NCBI GenBank assembly: GCA_963702005.1
Contig: OY969696.1
Span: 832,001 to 896,000, forward strand
Direction of reading: 5' to 3'
DNA: 64,000 nucleotides
Source: Candidatus Aminicenantes bacterium
GTDB taxonomy: Bacteria; Acidobacteriota; Aminicenantia; Aminicenantales; JAFGBC01
Shown: positions 48,398 through 59,405 of the stretch, in pieces
Layout: every line of letters begins with the position of its first letter
How positions within the stretch are numbered: position 1 is the stretch's first letter
The notes under the pieces: generated by a model
Seen by the model: only the letters and a program-made list of their open reading frames with translations
Told to the model about the DNA's origin: nothing
Databases searched by the model: none
Program-made: the position numbers and the translations under genes

Positions 48398-49381
48398 ATG
48401 ACCAAACGAAAAGCCCAGGAGAAGACCTTGTCTCGAGGGCGTAAGACAGCGGTATCCCGTCCCCGGCGTCCGGCGGTAAGGCCGTCTCAGGCCGCGGCGA
48501 AAACCTCCGCTCCGCCGCCCGCGCCGGCCAGGGCGGCGTCCTCCGTCAAGAACGAAGTCGCCCTCATGTTTTCGGGCGGCATCGACTCGCTCCTGGCCGC
48601 CGTCCTTCTCGCCAAGGAATACGACCGGGTCCATCTCCTGACCTTCAAGAAGGGCTACCTGGAATTCGGGCTCAAGAACAGCCGGCCCAACGTCGAGCGG
48701 CTCAAAGCCCTCTGCGGCGAGGACAAGTTCATCCACAAGATCGTCAACATCAAGCCCATGGTCCGGCGCTTCTCGATCCGGACAATCGTCCGCGACCGGT
48801 TTCGGTACGGGACCGAGGTCGTCTGGTGCGTCGCCTGCCGGACGACCATGAACGCCGCGGCCATGCTTTACGCCCTCGAGAACAAGCTGGCCGCCATCTC
48901 AGACGGCTCGAACCGGGAGCAGATCCCGGGCGAGAAGCACCTGACCGGGACGGCCGAGAATTATCCGAGCGTCGTCACCCGGCTCAAGGATTTCGCCCTC
49001 AACCACGGCGTCGAGTTCGCTACTCCCGTCTACGATTTCGGAAACCGCGAGGAGCGGCGCCGCAAGCTCGGGGAGCTCGGGTTCGAGATCGACTACCTCA
49101 GCAAGGACCCCACCAAGACCCTGAAGGGGATGCTCCGGAAAGATTTTTTCAAGCGCTCCCAACCCCTGTGCCTGTCGGGTTGGATTATCCACTGGAGGCG
49201 GAACCTGTTCGGGGTCCCGGTCAAACAGGACGAAGCCAAGACCCTGGAGTTCGTCGCCAAAAAACAAAACACCGTCATTAAGAAATACATCGCCGCCCAT
49301 TTCCGGAAGAAGGGGATCGACCTCGATTCTCTCATCCGCGAGCGGACGGAATTCCTGCGGGCCAAAACCGGCCGGGGATAA
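48398..49381 (+). CDS. PP-loop (adenine nucleotide alpha hydrolase, QueC-like) protein
   Basis: MFSGGIDS PP-loop, CVAC motif and a distal QPLC. Confidence 0.78.
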   Translation: MTKRKAQEKTLSRGRKTAVSRPRRPAVRPSQAAAKTSAPPPAPARAASSVKNEVALMFSGGIDSLLAAVLLAKEYDRVHLLTFKKGYLEFGLKNSRPNVERLKALCGEDKFIHKIVNIKPMVRRFSIRTIVRDRFRYGTEVVWCVACRTTMNAAAMLYALENKLAAISDGSNREQIPGEKHLTGTAENYPSVVTRLKDFALNHGVEFATPVYDFGNREERRRKLGELGFEIDYLSKDPTKTLKGMLRKDFFKRSQPLCLSGWIIHWRRNLFGVPVKQDEAKTLEFVAKKQNTVIKKYIAAHFRKKGIDLDSLIRERTEFLRAKTGRG

Positions 49382-49419
49382 TAGCCGAATTTCCCGGCCG
49401 TCGGCGATGTTTGTCCGAA

Positions 49420-50256
49420 TTACAGGAGGACGGCGTCCCCGACGGCGTAGCGGCCTTTCTCGTCGATCTTGACGCGCGCCGCGGCGACATCCGGGTCGTG
49501 CTCGAAAACGACGATCCAGCGGCGGTCGACGGCCGCGGCCAGGAATTCCGCTTTCTCCCTGAGAAGAATCTCGGCCGACATGTCGTAACCCATCAAATAG
49601 GGAAGAGGCAGGTGGCGCGAGGTCGGCACCAGGTCGCTTGGGAAGACGACCGATTCGGCGCCGTTCCGGACTTCCAACCACTGATGGCCCCGGGTGTGGC
49701 CGTCGGTCCGGTGAACCCGAAGACCGGGCGCGATCTCTTCTTCGCCGCGCGTGAGCCTAAGGTCGGCCTCGCGGAGAACGGAGATATTCTCCTTTAAATA
49801 GCTGGCCCGTTCGCGGGGGTTGGGGTCCAGGGCGGTCTCGTAGTTCGCGGCTTGGACCCAGACGCGGGCCCGGGGATAACGGAGCTCGACGTCGGTCGCG
49901 CTCCCCGGCTTGAAGACAGAAATCCCTCCGGCGTGGTCGAAGTGGAGATGGGTGATGACGATGTCCGTGACATCGTTCGGGTCGAGCCCGACTTCCCCGG
50001 CGGGGAGATTCTCGATGCCATAAAGCTGGCGGAGCTTGTCCGGCCATTTATCGCCGTTCCCGAGGTCGACCAGGACAATCCTTTCGCCGTCCTCGATGAG
50101 GAGCGTGCGCGTGGCGAGACGGATGCGGTTCTCCTCGTCGGGCGCGATCAGACGGGACCAGATCGTTTTCGGCACCGCCCCGAACATGGCCCCGCCGTCG
50201 AGGCGGAAAAAACCGCGGTTAAGGGCGGTGATCCGGAAACGTCCGAACGCCATCAT
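49420..50256 (-). CDS. MBL-fold metallo-hydrolase (YtnP-like)
   Basis: LDGGAMFG, THLHFDHAGG, GHTRGHQ, FEHDP. Confidence 0.92.
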   Translation of the reverse strand: MMAFGRFRITALNRGFFRLDGGAMFGAVPKTIWSRLIAPDEENRIRLATRTLLIEDGERIVLVDLGNGDKWPDKLRQLYGIENLPAGEVGLDPNDVTDIVITHLHFDHAGGISVFKPGSATDVELRYPRARVWVQAANYETALDPNPRERASYLKENISVLREADLRLTRGEEEIAPGLRVHRTDGHTRGHQWLEVRNGAESVVFPSDLVPTSRHLPLPYLMGYDMSAEILLREKAEFLAAAVDRRWIVVFEHDPDVAAARVKIDEKGRYAVGDAVLL

Positions 50257-50395
50257 GACCGCTCGCAGTATACCATAGGGTCTGGTTGCCGGCCAGGGCT
50301 CTCCTCGCGGCGTCCCCGGCTCTTCCGCCCCTCTTCGTGTTGGACTATAATAGATAAGAAATTTTTTTGTTTTTCGCAATTAGAGGAGTCGTCCC

Positions 50396-51814
50396 ATGAG
50401 CCATCAGCCGACGGTCATAAAACTCGGCCAGATCCCCGAGGTGCTTGCCAAGGAATTCGCGGACAGGGACGTCGTGACCTGCTATATAGGCTCCAACGCC
50501 GCGACGCCGACGGCCTGCCTCGATGCCGTGACGGCGGCCGTCAAGTCCAGAACGCCCCGCCTGCCCTTCCTGAGGATGGTCCATCTCCTCCTCCAGGGGC
50601 CCGTCTCCTACGTGGAGAAGGGGATTCAGGACCGCATCATGACCTATTCGATCTTCTCGACGGGTGACGTCCGGAAGGCGGCCAACGAGGGCCGCGCGTT
50701 TTATCTCCCCTGCACCCTGGCCAACCTCGAAAGTCTCATTGGAAAGGGACGGCCTTACCAGCCCGATGTCGCCATCTTCAAGATCCGGCCCCACGAGATC
50801 ACCGGAGAGTTCAGCCTGGGCCTGTCCGTCGAGGCGATGCACACGGCCATCGACCACGCCAAGTGCGTTATCGCCGAGCTCGATTTCAGCATGCCCTTCA
50901 CCCAAGGGCAGAGCATCGTCGACGCCCAGTCGATCGACTACCTTGTCGATGACGACGACATCAAGGGCGTCTACAACTTCCCGGCGCCCGACTTCGCCAA
51001 CCTTCCCGGCGCCGAGCAAAGGATCGGCGAGCTCGTCGCCCGGCATTTCATCCGCGACGGCGTCACTCTCCAGGTCGGGATCGGGCAGATTCCCGACGCC
51101 GTCGTCGGGGTCATCAATGAAACCCGCCCCAAGGACCTCGGGATCCAGACCGAGCTGTACGGGGACGGCCTGATGATCCTTCAAAAAGCGGGGATCGTGA
51201 CGAACCGGCGCAAGAAGCAGCATATGGGATACAGCACGACTTCCCTGATCATGGGCTCGATGGAGCTTTACGAATACGTCCACATGCGGGCGGGGATTCA
51301 GATGCGGCCCTGCATGGAAACCAATTCGGCCGAGGTCATCCGCAGGAACAGCCCCTTCATCTCGATCAACACCGCCATGGGCGTCGACCTGTTCGGGAAT
51401 GTCTGGGCCGATTACATCGACGCCCGGCGCTATTACAGCGGGGTCGGCGGCCAGCCCGATTTTGTCAATGCCCTGAACGACCCCTCCTACGGCGTACCGA
51501 TCATCGCGCTCAAGAGCACGACCGATAAAGGGCAATCGAAGATCGCAAAAGTCCACCCCCCCGGCGTGAGCCTCACGGCTTCGGCCTACGACGGCGTCGT
51601 CATCGTCACCGAGTACGGCATCGCCGACCTCCGGGCCATGACGGCCGGAGAGAAAGCCCTGGCCATCGCCAGCATCGCCCATCCCCGCTTCCGCGAGCCG
51701 TATCTGAAAAGCATCGTCGACGACCGCCTGTTCACCAAGCCCCTCGGATTTTCCCTGGACAAGACTCCGCGCGGGGTGATCATGTACCAGGGCGACGTCA
51801 AGATCGAGGACTAA
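50396..51814 (+). CDS. Acetyl-CoA hydrolase/transferase family (4-hydroxybutyrate CoA-transferase-like)
   Basis: TLQVGIGQIP, GIQTE, SGVGGQPDF, VTEYGIADLR, IAHPRFRE. Confidence 0.9.
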   Translation: MSHQPTVIKLGQIPEVLAKEFADRDVVTCYIGSNAATPTACLDAVTAAVKSRTPRLPFLRMVHLLLQGPVSYVEKGIQDRIMTYSIFSTGDVRKAANEGRAFYLPCTLANLESLIGKGRPYQPDVAIFKIRPHEITGEFSLGLSVEAMHTAIDHAKCVIAELDFSMPFTQGQSIVDAQSIDYLVDDDDIKGVYNFPAPDFANLPGAEQRIGELVARHFIRDGVTLQVGIGQIPDAVVGVINETRPKDLGIQTELYGDGLMILQKAGIVTNRRKKQHMGYSTTSLIMGSMELYEYVHMRAGIQMRPCMETNSAEVIRRNSPFISINTAMGVDLFGNVWADYIDARRYYSGVGGQPDFVNALNDPSYGVPIIALKSTTDKGQSKIAKVHPPGVSLTASAYDGVVIVTEYGIADLRAMTAGEKALAIASIAHPRFREPYLKSIVDDRLFTKPLGFSLDKTPRGVIMYQGDVKIED

Positions 51815-51839
51815 GGGCCGGGACGCTTTCGGCCGCGTC

Positions 51840-52364
51840 TCAAAGGATAAGCGACAGCCGGTACCGATAGCCGAGGTCCTTCCGGACAAACTTCAGGGAC
51901 TCGATGACTTTGAGCTCCGCTTCGTTCCATTTGGCGATGCAGGCGTAGATCTCCTTATGCCCCTGCCGGCGGGCGTAGGAGACGATCTCCCGGTGAAGAG
52001 CCGTCGAGACGCCCCTGTTCCTGAAGGGCCGGGAGACGAAGGTGATCTGGATGTAGAACTCGGCCGGCCGCCAGGAAGAGGTCTGGGGGAGGATGTCGTA
52101 AATCTGGTCGACATCGGGAGCCCCCAGGGAAGGATAGCCGATGAGATAGGCGATGACCTTCCCCTCGAACTCGGCGACGAACGTTTTGTACTTCGTGCCG
52201 GGCTTCAGGTAGCGGACCCGGTAATTGCCGGTCTCGGACAGGATGCGGACGTCGCTGAATTTTTCGGCGAGCTCGGCTTCGAGCTCCCGGACCAGGTCCA
52301 GGACTTGATCCAGGTCGGCTGGGGCATACTCTCGGATCAGGACATCGAGCCTCCGCTCTGACAT
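51840..52364 (-). CDS. GNAT family N-acetyltransferase
   Basis: FVSRPFRNRGVSTAL acetyl-CoA-binding motif A. Confidence 0.8.
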   Translation of the reverse strand: MSERRLDVLIREYAPADLDQVLDLVRELEAELAEKFSDVRILSETGNYRVRYLKPGTKYKTFVAEFEGKVIAYLIGYPSLGAPDVDQIYDILPQTSSWRPAEFYIQITFVSRPFRNRGVSTALHREIVSYARRQGHKEIYACIAKWNEAELKVIESLKFVRKDLGYRYRLSLIL

Positions 52365-52398
52365 ATTCCGAATTCCCTTCTCTACATTGGGGCGCGGC

Positions 52399-53169
52399 CT
52401 AGCTCAGGAAGATCCTCTCGGGATCGACGTCCTCGCGCAGGATGCGGAGCTCCTCGGCCGAGGGAGGGGGGGTCTCGGTCGCGCCCGTGACGTCCAAATG
52501 GAAGCCGGTCGCTTCGGCGACGGCTTGGGGCGTCAGGCCCGGATGGAAGCTCGCCAGATAAGCCTCTTTGCTCTCGGGCTTGAAGCGCAAAACGCCCATG
52601 GTCGTGACCACGGAGCTCGGCCCGCCCCGGATGAGGCCGGACTCCCTCCGGCTCGTTCCGCCCGCCAGCCATCCGGGGCTCGTGACGTAATCCACTTTGT
52701 CCGGGAAACGCCTTTTCTCGTGCTTGGCGATGATGATCGTGCGCCGGGCGAGACAGGCGATGTCGCACGCTCCGCCGCTCCCCGAGAAACGGACGGAAGG
52801 GCGCCGCGGGTCGGAACCGATCGAAGTGCTGTTGATGTTTCCGAACCGGTCGACCTGGGCCCCGCTCAGAAAACCGACGTCCACCCGGCCCGCCTGAAGG
52901 ACGAAGGTAAAAACTTCCATGAGCCCGGCCGCGGTCGCGGCCCCGCGCATGACGCGCGGGTCCCCGACCGACATCGGCAGGTGGGCGAGCCGACTGGCGA
53001 CCGTTCCCGCCTCGAAGATGATGATGCAGCGAGGGGCGTGGGTCCGCTGGGCCAGCATGACGCCGAGCATCGGGAGGCCGGTCCCGGCGAAAACGACCTC
53101 GCCGTCCGCGATTTCGCGGGCGGCGACCACGGCCATGAGCTCGGTCAGGGTGTAGCGGGGTGTCGTCAT
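52399..53169 (-). CDS. Family I CoA-transferase subunit B (GctB-like)
   Basis: VFAGTGLP, IFEAG (catalytic Glu), GAQVDRFGNINST, GSGGACD. Start set at MTTPRY. Confidence 0.9.
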   Translation of the reverse strand: MTTPRYTLTELMAVVAAREIADGEVVFAGTGLPMLGVMLAQRTHAPRCIIIFEAGTVASRLAHLPMSVGDPRVMRGAATAAGLMEVFTFVLQAGRVDVGFLSGAQVDRFGNINSTSIGSDPRRPSVRFSGSGGACDIACLARRTIIIAKHEKRRFPDKVDYVTSPGWLAGGTSRRESGLIRGGPSSVVTTMGVLRFKPESKEAYLASFHPGLTPQAVAEATGFHLDVTGATETPPPSAEELRILREDVDPERIFLS

Positions 53170-53171
53170 GG

Positions 53172-54134
53172 TTAAACTCTCCGCTTGAGGTCGGGGCGAT
53201 AGCCGAAGGGCGGTTTCGCTTTCAGGGATGCGAGCCGGGCCGATCCGCCGATCGCTTCGAGGTATCCGACCTGATCCTTGACGCCGTACACGTACGCGTC
53301 GAGGTAGCGCCGATAGGCGGCGTCGTCCTTGGCGCTCCCGTGGTACTCCTTGAGCTGGAGGGGGTCGTAATCGTAATAGTTGAACACGGCGTAGGGGTGG
53401 GCTCCGTACGGGACGTGGCAGACGTGGTTCACGGCGAGCGAGGGGATCGGATTCCTCTCCGGCTCCCTGCGCAGGACGTCGTCCTCGACGATCTCCTCGG
53501 CGGTCACGATCACGACATCGGCGCACATGGCCTGCTGGACATCCGCGAAGGTCTGCCCCTCGATCCGGACCGTCCCCTGGTCCGTCGCCTTCTGGACGTG
53601 GAGGACGGCGAAGTCGGTGTGGATGGCGGGCACCAGCACGACCCGGTCGCCGGGCTGGAAAGGCGAGTCCATGACGTGGAGTTTCTTGGGCGAGGTGCGG
53701 GAGTCGGCCGCCCTCTGTTCCGACGAGAGAGTCTCCTGACTGATCAGGTCGCTCCCGAGCAGGCTGCGGACGGGCATGAAGGGGATGCCCATCGCTCCGG
53801 CCGTGAAGCGGGCCACCATCGAGAAGTTGCTGTAGTCTTCCCACTCGATTTCGCCCCGTTCGACGGCCCTCCGCCAGCGAGGTCCGACCGTGTTGAACGC
53901 TTCATCGGCCTCGTAGGCGAGCTCAACCCGTTTGACGCATCCCGCGCCGATGAGAATATCCCAGTCTCCTCCCGGCGAATGCCCGAAAAGGTACAGGTTG
54001 CGCCGTCCGAGCCGGATGAGCTCGTAGATGAAGGCCATCGGGTGGCGCTGGGTCGTGAATCCGCCGAAGGAGATCGTCGCCCCGTCGGGGACGAGGGCGG
54101 CCGCGGTTCTGAGGTCGATGATCTTGCCGGTCAT
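53172..54134 (-). CDS. Family I CoA-transferase subunit A (GctA-like)
   Basis: ISFGGF..RHPMA, AGAMGIPFMP, LHVQKA, PYGAHP. Confidence 0.9.
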   Translation of the reverse strand: MTGKIIDLRTAAALVPDGATISFGGFTTQRHPMAFIYELIRLGRRNLYLFGHSPGGDWDILIGAGCVKRVELAYEADEAFNTVGPRWRRAVERGEIEWEDYSNFSMVARFTAGAMGIPFMPVRSLLGSDLISQETLSSEQRAADSRTSPKKLHVMDSPFQPGDRVVLVPAIHTDFAVLHVQKATDQGTVRIEGQTFADVQQAMCADVVIVTAEEIVEDDVLRREPERNPIPSLAVNHVCHVPYGAHPYAVFNYYDYDPLQLKEYHGSAKDDAAYRRYLDAYVYGVKDQVGYLEAIGGSARLASLKAKPPFGYRPDLKRRV

Positions 54135-54369
54135 CTGGCGGCTCCTTTTCAGGAATGCGGAGTTGATGTTCCTGTGCCCGATCCCGTTCTTGTGTTTTTC
54201 ACTCTATATCAGCCTTTTTTGAAAATCAAGCGTCGGGGTTGACTTCGCGGGAGAGATATGGAAGGATAGCATCATCTTGCGGAATCATGGGCTGCCCCAT
54301 CTTGCTTCGTCGAATAAATCCATGACAGAGAAAAAGGTGGTCTATCTTTCTCGAAAGGAGGTCCCAGCC

Positions 54370-55416
54370 ATGGCCGGCATCATCGGCTACGGGGCATACA
54401 TCCCGAGGAACAGGATCAAGGTTGAGGAGATCGCCAAGGTCTGGGGGGCCGACGCCCCGAGCTATAAAAAAGGGCTGATGCTCGAGGAAAAATCCGTTCC
54501 TTCGCCCGATCAGGACACGATCACCATGTCCGTCGAGGCGTCCCGGAGTGCCCTGAAAAGGGCGGGGATCGATCCCCGGGAGATCGGGGCCGTCTATGTC
54601 GGGTCCGAATCCCATCCCTACGCCGTCAAGCCGAGCGGGACGGTCCTGGCCGAGGCGATCGGGGCCACGCCCGAGTGCCACACGGCCGACCTCGAGTTCG
54701 CCTGCAAGGCGGGGACGGAGGGGATGTTCATCGCCTTGAACCTTGTCCGGTCCGGGGCGGTCAAGTACGGGCTGGCCGTCGGCGCGGACACCTCGCAGGG
54801 CGCCCCCGGCGACGCCTTGGAATATTCGGCCGCGGCCGGGGCCGCCGCCTTCCTGTTCGGGAAGGACGACCTGGTCGCCGAGGCGGTCGAGAGCTACGCC
54901 TTCATGACGGACACGCCGGATTTCTGGCGCCGGGAATACAAGTATTACCCCCGGCACGGCGGCCGTTTCACGGGGGATCCCGCCTACTTCAAGCACACCA
55001 CGGGCGCGGCCGAGGGAATCATGGCCAAAGCCAAGCTGAAGCCCGCCGATTTCGCCTACGTCATCTTTCACCAGCCCAACGGGAAATTCCCGTTCCGGGC
55101 GGGCGAAATCCTCGGCTTCGCCCGAAAACAGATCGAGCCCGGTTGGCTGGTCAACCGCCTGGGTAATACCTACTCGGCGTCCTCGCCCCTCGGGCTGACG
55201 GCGACGCTCGACATCGCCAAGCCGGGCGACCTGGTCCTGATGGTCTCCTACGGCTCGGGCGCGGGGAGCGACGCTTTCATCTGGCGCGTCACCGACCGTA
55301 TCGACAAGGTCCGGAACCTCGCTCCCCGGACGCGGGACCTCCTCGACGGCAACAAGGCCTACCTCGATTACGGCGTGTACGCCAAGTTCCGCCGTAAAAT
55401 CAGGAAGGCGGAATAG
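54370..55416 (+). CDS. Hydroxymethylglutaryl-CoA synthase, archaeal type
   Basis: GIIGYGAYIPRNRI, GSESHPYAVKP, EFACKAG, TDTPDFWRR, FHQPN, GNTYS, SYGSGAGSD; AAGGAGG RBS. Confidence 0.93.
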   Translation: MAGIIGYGAYIPRNRIKVEEIAKVWGADAPSYKKGLMLEEKSVPSPDQDTITMSVEASRSALKRAGIDPREIGAVYVGSESHPYAVKPSGTVLAEAIGATPECHTADLEFACKAGTEGMFIALNLVRSGAVKYGLAVGADTSQGAPGDALEYSAAAGAAAFLFGKDDLVAEAVESYAFMTDTPDFWRREYKYYPRHGGRFTGDPAYFKHTTGAAEGIMAKAKLKPADFAYVIFHQPNGKFPFRAGEILGFARKQIEPGWLVNRLGNTYSASSPLGLTATLDIAKPGDLVLMVSYGSGAGSDAFIWRVTDRIDKVRNLAPRTRDLLDGNKAYLDYGVYAKFRRKIRKAE

Positions 55417-55425
55417 GAGGCGGCC

Positions 55426-56580
55426 ATGAGAGACGTCGCTATCATCGGCGTGGGCATGACGAAATGGGGCGAGCTCTGGGAGAAATCGCTCCGAACCATT
55501 TTCACCGAGACGGCCTTGCTGGCCTTTGAGGACGCGGGCGTGGATAAAATCGACTCCATGGTCGTCGGCTGCATGTCCTCGGGATTGTTCGTCGGGCAGG
55601 AGCATCTCGGATCGCTCCTTTCCGACTATCTGGGAAAAAACCCCGTGCCGGCGGCGCGGGTCGAGTCGGCCTGCTCCTCGGGCGGCCTGGCGCTGCGCCA
55701 GGGCTTCATCGAGGTCGCCTCCGGCCTGTCGGACGTGGTCCTCGTCGGCGGGATCGAGAAGATGACGGACGTGACCGGCTGCGAGGCGACCTACGCCCTG
55801 GGGACGGCGGCCGACCAGGAATACGAAGGCTTCCACGGCCTGACCTTCCCCGCCCTGTACGCGATGATGGCCGTGGCCCACATGCACAAGTACGGGACGA
55901 CCCGCGAGCAGCTCGCCCTAGTCGCCGTCAAGAACCACCTGAACGGCTCGAAGAACCCGCTGGCCCAGTTCCCGTTCACGATTTCGGTGGAAGCCGTCCT
56001 CTCCTCAGTCCTCGTCTCCGATCCGCTCCGGATCCTGGACTGCTCGCCGATCACGGACGGCGCCGCGGCCCTCGTCCTCTGCTCCCTGGAAACGGCCCGG
56101 AAGCTGAAGAAGCCTTTTATCCGGATCGTCGGGAGCGGTCAGGCCTCGGATACGATCGCCCTCTCCTCGCGGAAGGATTTGTGCTGGATCGAGTCCACTC
56201 ACGTCGCCGCCCAGAAGGCCCTGTCGATGGCGGGCCGCAAGGTCGAGGACATTCAGCTGTTCGAAGTCCACGACTGTTTCACGATCGCCGAGATCATGGT
56301 CACGGAAGCCCTGGGCCTCGTCAAGAAAGGGCAGGGCGGCAAGGCGGTCGAAGACGGCTTGACCGCGATCGGCGGCAAGTTCCCCGTCAACCCGAGCGGC
56401 GGCCTGAAAGCCAAGGGCCATCCCGTCGGGGCGACCGGCGTCGCCCAGGCCGTCGAGGTCGTCAAGCAGCTCCGGGGCGAGGCCGGGGAGCGGCAGGTCA
56501 AGGGCGCCAAGCGCGGACTGACCCAGAATATGGGCGGCACGGGCGGGAGCTCGGTCGTCCATGTCTTCGAGGCGGACTGA
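55426..56580 (+). CDS. Acetyl-CoA acetyltransferase (archaeal/SCP2-type thiolase)
   Basis: [40 protein letters not shown]. Confidence 0.93.
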   Translation: MRDVAIIGVGMTKWGELWEKSLRTIFTETALLAFEDAGVDKIDSMVVGCMSSGLFVGQEHLGSLLSDYLGKNPVPAARVESACSSGGLALRQGFIEVASGLSDVVLVGGIEKMTDVTGCEATYALGTAADQEYEGFHGLTFPALYAMMAVAHMHKYGTTREQLALVAVKNHLNGSKNPLAQFPFTISVEAVLSSVLVSDPLRILDCSPITDGAAALVLCSLETARKLKKPFIRIVGSGQASDTIALSSRKDLCWIESTHVAAQKALSMAGRKVEDIQLFEVHDCFTIAEIMVTEALGLVKKGQGGKAVEDGLTAIGGKFPVNPSGGLKAKGHPVGATGVAQAVEVVKQLRGEAGERQVKGAKRGLTQNMGGTGGSSVVHVFEAD

Positions 56581-56592
56581 GAGGAGGACGAG

Positions 56593-56985
56593 ATGCCGAC
56601 ACCATCGAGATATTGGCGCGAAATCCCCCAGCGCTACAGATACGAGGCCGGGCGGTGCAAGGCCTGCGGATTCATCTGTTTCCCGCCCCGCCTGGTCTGC
56701 CCCCGATGCGGTGCCCGGGAATTCGAGCCGACGAAGCTTGCCGAAGCCGGGACCGTTCTGACCTACACGATCATCCGGGTCCCTCCCGAGGGCTTCGAGG
56801 ACCAGACTCCCTACGCCGTGGGGATCGCCGAGCTTGAGGACGGCGTCAAGCTCACGGCCCAGATCGTCGACTGTGATCCGGCCTTACTCAAAGTCGGGAT
56901 GAGGGTCCGGCTTGAGTTTCGCAGGCTCTCCGAGGACGGGGAGGCCGGGATCATCCACTACGGCTACAAGTTCGTCCCGGCCTGA
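56593..56985 (+). CDS. DUF35 Zn-ribbon/OB-fold protein (thiolase partner)
   Basis: CKACG..FPPR..CPRCG followed by an OB fold and YGYKF; directly after the thiolase. Confidence 0.92.
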   Translation: MPTPSRYWREIPQRYRYEAGRCKACGFICFPPRLVCPRCGAREFEPTKLAEAGTVLTYTIIRVPPEGFEDQTPYAVGIAELEDGVKLTAQIVDCDPALLKVGMRVRLEFRRLSEDGEAGIIHYGYKFVPA

Positions 56986-56992
56986 GCCCGCC

Positions 56993-58600
56993 ATGTTCAG
57001 GATGGAATCCAAGGTCGATACCCAGAGCTCCGAATACCGGCAGAACCTGGAGCATATGAACCGGGTTGTCGCCGAGTACAGGGAACGGCTGGCCAAGGTC
57101 CGGGAGGGCGGTCCGCCCAAGTCTCGCGAGCTTCACGCCTCGCGCGGCAAGCTCCTCGTCCGCCAACGCCTGGAGATGCTTTTCGACCGCGATACGCCCT
57201 TCCTGGAGCTCAGCCCCCTGGCCGCCAACGGCCTGTACGATGACGAAGCGCCCGCCGCCGGCATGGTGACCGGCATCGGCGTCATCCACGGCCGCGAGGT
57301 TCTCATCGTGGCCAACGACGCGACCGTCAAAGGCGGGACCTATTTCCCGATGACGATCAAAAAACACATCCGCGCCCAGGAGGTCGCCCTCGAGAACCGG
57401 CTTCCCTGCGTCTACCTCGTCGACTCGGGCGGGATCTTCCTCCCCCATCAGTCGGGGACGTTCCCCGACAAGGAGCATTTCGGGCGGATCTTCTACAATC
57501 AGGCCCGCCTCTCGGCCCTGGGGATTCCCCAGATCTCGATCGTCATGGGGTCCTGTACGGCCGGCGGCGCCTACGTCCCGGCCATGAGCGATGAGACGGT
57601 CATCGTCCGCCGCCAGGGGACGATCTTCATCGGCGGGCCGCCCCTGGTCAAGGCGGCGACCGGAGAGGACGTCTCGGACGAGGACCTCGGGGGGGCCGAC
57701 GTCCATTGCCGGATCTCGGGCGTCTCGGACTACTACGCCCAGAACGACGAGCATGCCCTGGAGATCGCCCGTAACATCGTCGAAACGCTCGACCCTCCCC
57801 GCCGCTTCGAGCTCGACCGGGCCGAGCCCGAGGAGCCGCATTACGACCCGGCCGAGATATCCGGGATCGTCCCCCGCGACCTCCGCAAGCAGTTCGACAT
57901 CAAGGAGATCATCGCCCGGATCGTCGACGGGAGCCGCTTCCAGGAATTCAAGGAACTCTACGCCCGGACGCTCGTCTGCGGGTTTGCCCGGATCATGGGC
58001 TATCCGGTCGGGATCTTGGCCAACAATGGCGTCCTCTTCTCCGAGAGCTCCCTCAAGGGGGCCCACTTCATCACGCTGTGTGCCATGCGTAAGATCCCGC
58101 TCGTCTTCCTTCAGAACATCACCGGCTTCATCGTCGGAAAGGACTACGAGCATCGCGGGATCGCCAAGGACGGCGCCAAGCTCGTCCACGCCGTAGCCAA
58201 CGCCGACGTCCCCAAGCTCACGGTCATCGTCGGCGGTTCCTACGGCGCGGGGAACTACGCCATGTGCGGCCGGGCTTATGGGCCGCGCCTTCTCTGGATG
58301 TGGCCCAATGCGCGGATCAGCGTCATGGGCGGCGAGCAGGCGGCCAATGTGCTGGTCACGGTCAAGATCAAGAAGCTCCAGGAAAAGGGCGTGGTCATGA
58401 CCGAAGAGGAGAAGGCCAAGATGATGAAGCCCATCCTCGACGCCTACGAGGCCGAGGCGAGCCCTTACTTCAGCACGGCCCGGCTCTGGGACGACGGCAT
58501 CCTCGAGCCCCTCGAGACGCGCCAGGCCCTGGCCCTGGGGATCGCCATGAGCCTCAACGCGCCCATCCCCGACTACAAGGTCGGGATTTTCAGGATGTGA
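56993..58600 (+). CDS. Methylcrotonoyl-CoA carboxylase-like carboxyltransferase subunit (LiuB-like)
   Basis: [48 protein letters not shown]-terminal FRM. Confidence 0.93.
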   Translation: MFRMESKVDTQSSEYRQNLEHMNRVVAEYRERLAKVREGGPPKSRELHASRGKLLVRQRLEMLFDRDTPFLELSPLAANGLYDDEAPAAGMVTGIGVIHGREVLIVANDATVKGGTYFPMTIKKHIRAQEVALENRLPCVYLVDSGGIFLPHQSGTFPDKEHFGRIFYNQARLSALGIPQISIVMGSCTAGGAYVPAMSDETVIVRRQGTIFIGGPPLVKAATGEDVSDEDLGGADVHCRISGVSDYYAQNDEHALEIARNIVETLDPPRRFELDRAEPEEPHYDPAEISGIVPRDLRKQFDIKEIIARIVDGSRFQEFKELYARTLVCGFARIMGYPVGILANNGVLFSESSLKGAHFITLCAMRKIPLVFLQNITGFIVGKDYEHRGIAKDGAKLVHAVANADVPKLTVIVGGSYGAGNYAMCGRAYGPRLLWMWPNARISVMGGEQAANVLVTVKIKKLQEKGVVMTEEEKAKMMKPILDAYEAEASPYFSTARLWDDGILEPLETRQALALGIAMSLNAPIPDYKVGIFRM

Positions 58601-58612
58601 GAGGACGAGGCC

Positions 58613-59404
58613 ATGGCCGAGACGACCTATAAGACGATCCTGGTCGAGAAAGAAGGCCGCGTCGGCCGCGTCTGGCTCAACCGGCCGGACCTCCGGAACG
58701 CTTTCAACGCCGTCATGATCCGGGAGCTGCGGGACGCCCTCCGAGCCTTGGGCGGAGATGAAGCCCTCCGAGTCGTAGTCCTTTCCGGCCGGGGAACGTC
58801 CTTCTGTGCCGGGGCGGACTTGAACTGGATGCGGGAGATCATCCGTTTCTCGTACGATCAGAACCTGGCCGAATCGCTCGAACTGGCCGCCCTTCATTGG
58901 GAGCTCTACAGCCTGCCCAAGCCGACGATCGCCCGGGTCAACGGCCCGGCCATCGGCGGCGGCACCGGCTTTCTCTCCGCCTGCGACATGGCCGTCGCCT
59001 CGACGGACGCCGTCTTTGGGCTGAGCGAGGTCAAGATCGGCCTTGTCCCGGCCTGCATCGCGCCCTACGTCGTGAGGCGGATCGGAGAGAGCCGGGCCCG
59101 CCAGTATTTCCTGACCGGCGAGCGGATCGACGCGCGGAGGGCCTGCGAGATCGGCCTCGTCCACGCCGTGGCGGAGCCCGAGAAGCTGGATGGGAAAGTC
59201 GAAGAATGGGTCGGGCTCCTGCTCTCCTCGGGCCCGGAGGCCGTGGCCAAGGCCAAGGAACTCCTGAGCAAAGTCCCCGGCATGGACGCGTCGGAGGCCC
59301 AGCGATTCACGGCCGAAATGATCGCCGGGCTGCGGACGAGCCCCGAGGGCCAAGAGGGCATGGCCGCCTTCCTCGGGAAACGGAAGCCCCGCTGGACGGC
59401 CTGA
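58613..59404 (+). CDS. Enoyl-CoA hydratase (methylglutaconyl-CoA hydratase, LiuC-like)
   Basis: LNRPDLRNAFN, FCAGADLNWM, LSEVKIGLVPA, EGQEGMAAFL. Confidence 0.9.
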   Translation: MAETTYKTILVEKEGRVGRVWLNRPDLRNAFNAVMIRELRDALRALGGDEALRVVVLSGRGTSFCAGADLNWMREIIRFSYDQNLAESLELAALHWELYSLPKPTIARVNGPAIGGGTGFLSACDMAVASTDAVFGLSEVKIGLVPACIAPYVVRRIGESRARQYFLTGERIDARRACEIGLVHAVAEPEKLDGKVEEWVGLLLSSGPEAVAKAKELLSKVPGMDASEAQRFTAEMIAGLRTSPEGQEGMAAFLGKRKPRWTA

Positions 59405-59405
59405 G

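Noticed and set aside
53170-53844. N-terminal extension of ORF 52399-53844
   Set aside because: Overlaps CoA-transferase subunit A in another frame; subunit B starts at 53169.
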